DNA of 11,020 nucleotides from Promethearchaeota archaeon (GTDB lineage Archaea > Asgardarchaeota > Lokiarchaeia > Sigyniarchaeales > SOKP01), in contig JBHLLU010000068.1 of the NCBI GenBank assembly GCA_048938895.1, forward strand, positions 1-11,020. The letters run 5' to 3'. The stretch's first letter is position 1. The number at the start of each line of letters is the position of its first letter. The notes beneath the pieces are model-generated. The model saw nothing but the letters and a program-made list of their open reading frames with translations. It was not told the DNA's origin and made no database searches. Below, piece by piece: positions 8,127 to 11,020 of this stretch. Made by a program: the position numbers and the translations under genes.

Positions 8127-9482
8127 CTCTGAATTATCTAATTTATCATTGAGTTCCTCGCTTTTTTCTTTAGTTGATTCCATAGGTTGGACTTTTACAT
8201 TTTTTGAATCTAAGAAATATTGTACTTCATTATCCCCAATTCTATTAGTATCAAGTGCTTCTCTGTTTTCTAAGAATGTTTTAAAATCATTGATGAGTGC
8301 AGCAACATCTTCTGGATAAAACCGTTTTTTTATAATAAATCCCTTCCTTTCTAAAGAGTATTCAGAATACCACCAATAGAAACTTACAGTTATAACAATT
8401 ATCAAAAAATTATTAATTAGCGTAATTTGATTTCTATCTGCAAAAACACCTGTAAGAGATCCTGCTCCAGTAATCATGATAATCTGTCCTTCTATATATA
8501 ACATAGTAAACGAAAAAAGGAAGAAGGGCATGTTATTTGTGTTAATAATCATGGAATCATATATTTTATCCCCTAAACCTCTTAAAACCATGAAAGCTGT
8601 AATAAGCATGAGTAATATATCAATTAATCTTGAGAATATTTCTAATTTTGATGTTGCTTGTACAATTCCCTGTAAAGCAATAAAAAAACTGAAAGATCTG
8701 AACCAGATTATAAACCATATAAGAACATAAAAAATTGAGCAATAAGAATTAGATTTATCTATCTTTCTACTCCTTAGGAATAAAGTTATTAAACGCCATG
8801 TAGTTATTATCATAAACACCAATATAATGATGTTACTCCCGGTATACCATATCAACGGTTCAGGAGGATCTCCTGCTTGCGGCTGAAATTTGGATAAAAA
8901 ACCTAAAAAAGTTCCCAACTGGATTAGAAACGGGATGATCAAAGCTGATGCAAGTAGGATTATTTCTATTAATCGTTTCTTCTTAGATATGCTATATTTT
9001 AACTCTATTTTCTCATTAACCTTAATTGATAAATCCTCAAAACCAATTCTTAGGTAGAAGATTTGAACCAGATTCCAACCAAAATAAATCGTAATAAAAA
9101 TAACTGGTAGGGTTATATCCCACCCAAGGAATTGAACAGTTAATTGATTGGATGGACTAGTTAAGAAGTATATAAAAATTATCAAGAAACTCACTAAAAA
9201 ATTTATCATAAAACAAATGACCTTACGATGATCAAATCTTCTCTCTGAAGAAAATAGATAATTATTTAATTGAGGAATAAGACCTTCAAACATTAAAAAT
9301 AAGAATGTTAAGGAAAAAACAGTGGCTAGAAATAAAATTGCGTTTCCTATATTTGAGTTAGGAATAAAACTCAACAATGCAATTAATAATGCAGACAAAA
9401 TGAAAATGATTGTATATAAGAAATGGCTATTATTAAAGATCTGATGAAAATGTTTATCTAAAAACTGTTTAATTCTATCCAT
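8121..9482 (-). CDS. Uncharacterised polytopic membrane protein (about 10 TM) with an acidic soluble C-terminal tail
   Basis: 453-aa ORF with about 10 hydrophobic segments in residues 20-373 followed by about 80 hydrophilic residues. No family motif recognised. Confidence 0.8.
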   Translation of the reverse strand: MDRIKQFLDKHFHQIFNNSHFLYTIIFILSALLIALLSFIPNSNIGNAILFLATVFSLTFLFLMFEGLIPQLNNYLFSSERRFDHRKVICFMINFLVSFLIIFIYFLTSPSNQLTVQFLGWDITLPVIFITIYFGWNLVQIFYLRIGFEDLSIKVNEKIELKYSISKKKRLIEIILLASALIIPFLIQLGTFLGFLSKFQPQAGDPPEPLIWYTGSNIIILVFMIITTWRLITLFLRSRKIDKSNSYCSIFYVLIWFIIWFRSFSFFIALQGIVQATSKLEIFSRLIDILLMLITAFMVLRGLGDKIYDSMIINTNNMPFFLFSFTMLYIEGQIIMITGAGSLTGVFADRNQITLINNFLIIVITVSFYWWYSEYSLERKGFIIKKRFYPEDVAALINDFKTFLENREALDTNRIGDNEVQYFLDSKNVKVQPMESTKEKSEELNDKLDNSEL

Positions 9483-9600
9483 CTTGTTATCCTTATTCTA
9501 TTGATATTTAATATTATTTGTTCAATACTAAATCTTAATTCTTCTCCTATTATTAAACATTGTGAGTATCGTTTTAATTATAAACTCATTTATATATTAG

Positions 9601-9618
9601 TATAGCCAAATTAATATA
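9601..9618 (+). promoter_or_regulatory. BRE/TATA promoter of surface protein 2
   Basis: TATAGCCAAA-TTAATATA, starting 71 nt upstream of the ATG at 9672. Confidence 0.5.
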
Positions 9619-9671
9619 GAACTTCGTCCTAATTACTGACATATAATTTTATTATAAAAATGTGAAACAGA

Positions 9672-11020
9672 ATGTTTACAAAAATATCAAAATTTGTTTT
9701 TATTCCATTTTTAATAATTTTCCTTATGATATCTGGTATATTTTCTTTGGTATACGCAAATAATTTCCCTAAAGCGAGTGGTTCTACTCCAATGAAAGGT
9801 GTGGTTATCGATGGCATTATATCTGATGCAGAATGGTCTGATCGAGACTGGAAAGTGCCTTTTCATTTAGATATCGATGATGCAGGCAATCCACCTGACA
9901 CTGATGGCTACAATTATATTTATCTAGGTGAGGATAAGAATAATCTCTATATTGGACTTGATTTAGCAAGTGATCAAACGGGAGATACTACAGGGGAATG
10001 GATTAGTCTTTTTTTAATCACAAACAACAGGACTTTTACAGATTATAATGGATGGGAGGGTTATTTAAATAATGGAACTGAATCACTCGTTTATGATGTG
10101 GAAAATGATCAAGTATGGCCCTTTATATCTAACACAATAGCAGGGAGTAGCCAAAGAGTTAATGATGATTCAGAATATAATGCTGTATTTGGTTCAGTTG
10201 AAGGATCTACCGTAGAACTAGATAATATTGATGATGTTTATTTTAATATTACATCTGAATTAAATAATGGATATTATATCAATCAAATAGATTTTTCCAT
10301 AGATATAGTTAAGTGGATCGGTATTTTCAAGGAATTATTTGCACCAACGGTGAGTCGAATTCATTTTCAAATGATTCATAAGGTAAATGTTACAATAAAT
10401 GAGCATCTATTATATCTCAGATATCCTAATGGGACTCTAAATCCTAATGACCCAGATCAGGTGAGAGTTCTAAATACTGGAACATCACCCCAACTACTTG
10501 ATTTCTGGTATAACGCTGGAAATCTTACCACTGATTACCGAATGCAATATACTTTATTTGCTAATAACACTGCTCCTTTTAAAACCCAGATCGACATGTT
10601 TCATTTAAGCTTTTACTATAATATGAGTAACTATGTAGCCACGGTCACATATCCCTTTACATCATTGAATACTTTTCAAATTGAATGGTCATTTGGTCCA
10701 GGGCCTGATAATACTTCACATCATAGAATGTATGAATTACAAATCCCTAAAAATGAGCTTGAACATTATGATTCTGAAGAGCATTTGGGGATTATTGTAG
10801 GAGGTTACGGTACCATGTCTTTCATCAACACGAATTATTGGGTGTTTTCAGAATTTATCAATTATATATGGGAACAAAATAGCGCAAATTATAAGTATTA
10901 CAATATGTTAGGATTAACCATACCTTCGGGTGCAAAAATTCCGGGTTATAATCCCCTCCTCCTTCTAGCCATATTGGGAATCGGTGCAATATTGTATTTC
11001 AGAAAAAAAATAGAATTTAC
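9672..11020 (+). CDS. Secreted surface glycoprotein 2 with a Loki-CTERM-like tail, paralog of 6288..7613; stop lies beyond the window
   Basis: Translated by hand: 449 open codons, MFTKISKFVFIPFLIIFLMISGIFSLVYA...PMKGVVIDGIISDAEW...YLGEDKNNLY...HRMYELQIPKNELEHYD...KIPGYNPLLLLAILGIGAILYFRKKIEF. It is absent from the ORF track because no stop falls in the window. Confidence 0.9.
   Translation, partial: MFTKISKFVFIPFLIIFLMISGIFSLVYANNFPKASGSTPMKGVVIDGIISDAEWSDRDWKVPFHLDIDDAGNPPDTDGYNYIYLGEDKNNLYIGLDLASDQTGDTTGEWISLFLITNNRTFTDYNGWEGYLNNGTESLVYDVENDQVWPFISNTIAGSSQRVNDDSEYNAVFGSVEGSTVELDNIDDVYFNITSELNNGYYINQIDFSIDIVKWIGIFKELFAPTVSRIHFQMIHKVNVTINEHLLYLRYPNGTLNPNDPDQVRVLNTGTSPQLLDFWYNAGNLTTDYRMQYTLFANNTAPFKTQIDMFHLSFYYNMSNYVATVTYPFTSLNTFQIEWSFGPGPDNTSHHRMYELQIPKNELEHYDSEEHLGIIVGGYGTMSFINTNYWVFSEFINYIWEQNSANYKYYNMLGLTIPSGAKIPGYNPLLLLAILGIGAILYFRKKIEF

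Noticed and set aside
8121-9482. The membrane protein as an archaeosortase/exosortase for the neighbouring Loki-CTERM proteins ('YCS' plus a downstream Arg)
   Set aside because: No CxG motif, the Cys-Arg spacing is too short, and no His occurs C-terminal to them to complete a triad.
9563-9588. Inverted repeat TGAGT-N16-ACTCA in the divergent intergenic region
   Set aside because: Only 5-bp arms with no second copy in the window, too weak to call an operator.
7201-9817. ORFs 7201..7413 (+), 8476..8730 (+) and 9629..9817 (-)
   Set aside because: Alternate-frame or antisense shadows. 9629..9817 overlaps the start of the real plus-strand gene at 9672.
1-11020. CRISPR arrays, tRNA/rRNA, IS elements, tandem repeats or DGR-like template/variable repeats between the paralogs
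   Set aside because: Intergenic gaps are under 200 bp and AT-rich, no transposase or reverse transcriptase is present, and paralog differences are ordinary divergence rather than adenine-specific.

Overview
AT-rich (roughly 30% GC by eye), gene-dense archaeal DNA, most likely Asgard (Lokiarchaeia), judged from two Loki-CTERM-like C-terminal sorting tails, TTG starts, BRE/TATA-type promoters and oligo-T terminators. Gene order: 3' end of a probable XPD/Rad3/DinG-like helicase (+), MFS transporter (-), DUF998 membrane protein (-), stand-alone GltD/SudA/NfnB-like Fe-S flavoprotein (-), geranylgeranyl reductase-family flavoprotein (-), a divergent QueG/reductive-dehalogenase-like double [4Fe-4S] protein (+), secreted surface glycoprotein 1 (+), DUF1801 protein (+), an uncharacterised ~10-TM protein (-), and surface glycoprotein 2 (+, 9672 to the window end), which the supplied ORF track omits. 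The most notable items are the paralogous surface-protein pair (apparently a split CBM9/DOMON-like fold with a variable insert, conserved sequons and a shared upstream 10-mer) and three adjacent redox enzymes with non-canonical motifs. No RNA genes, CRISPR arrays or mobile elements were seen. All family calls come from motif recognition by eye, not database searches.
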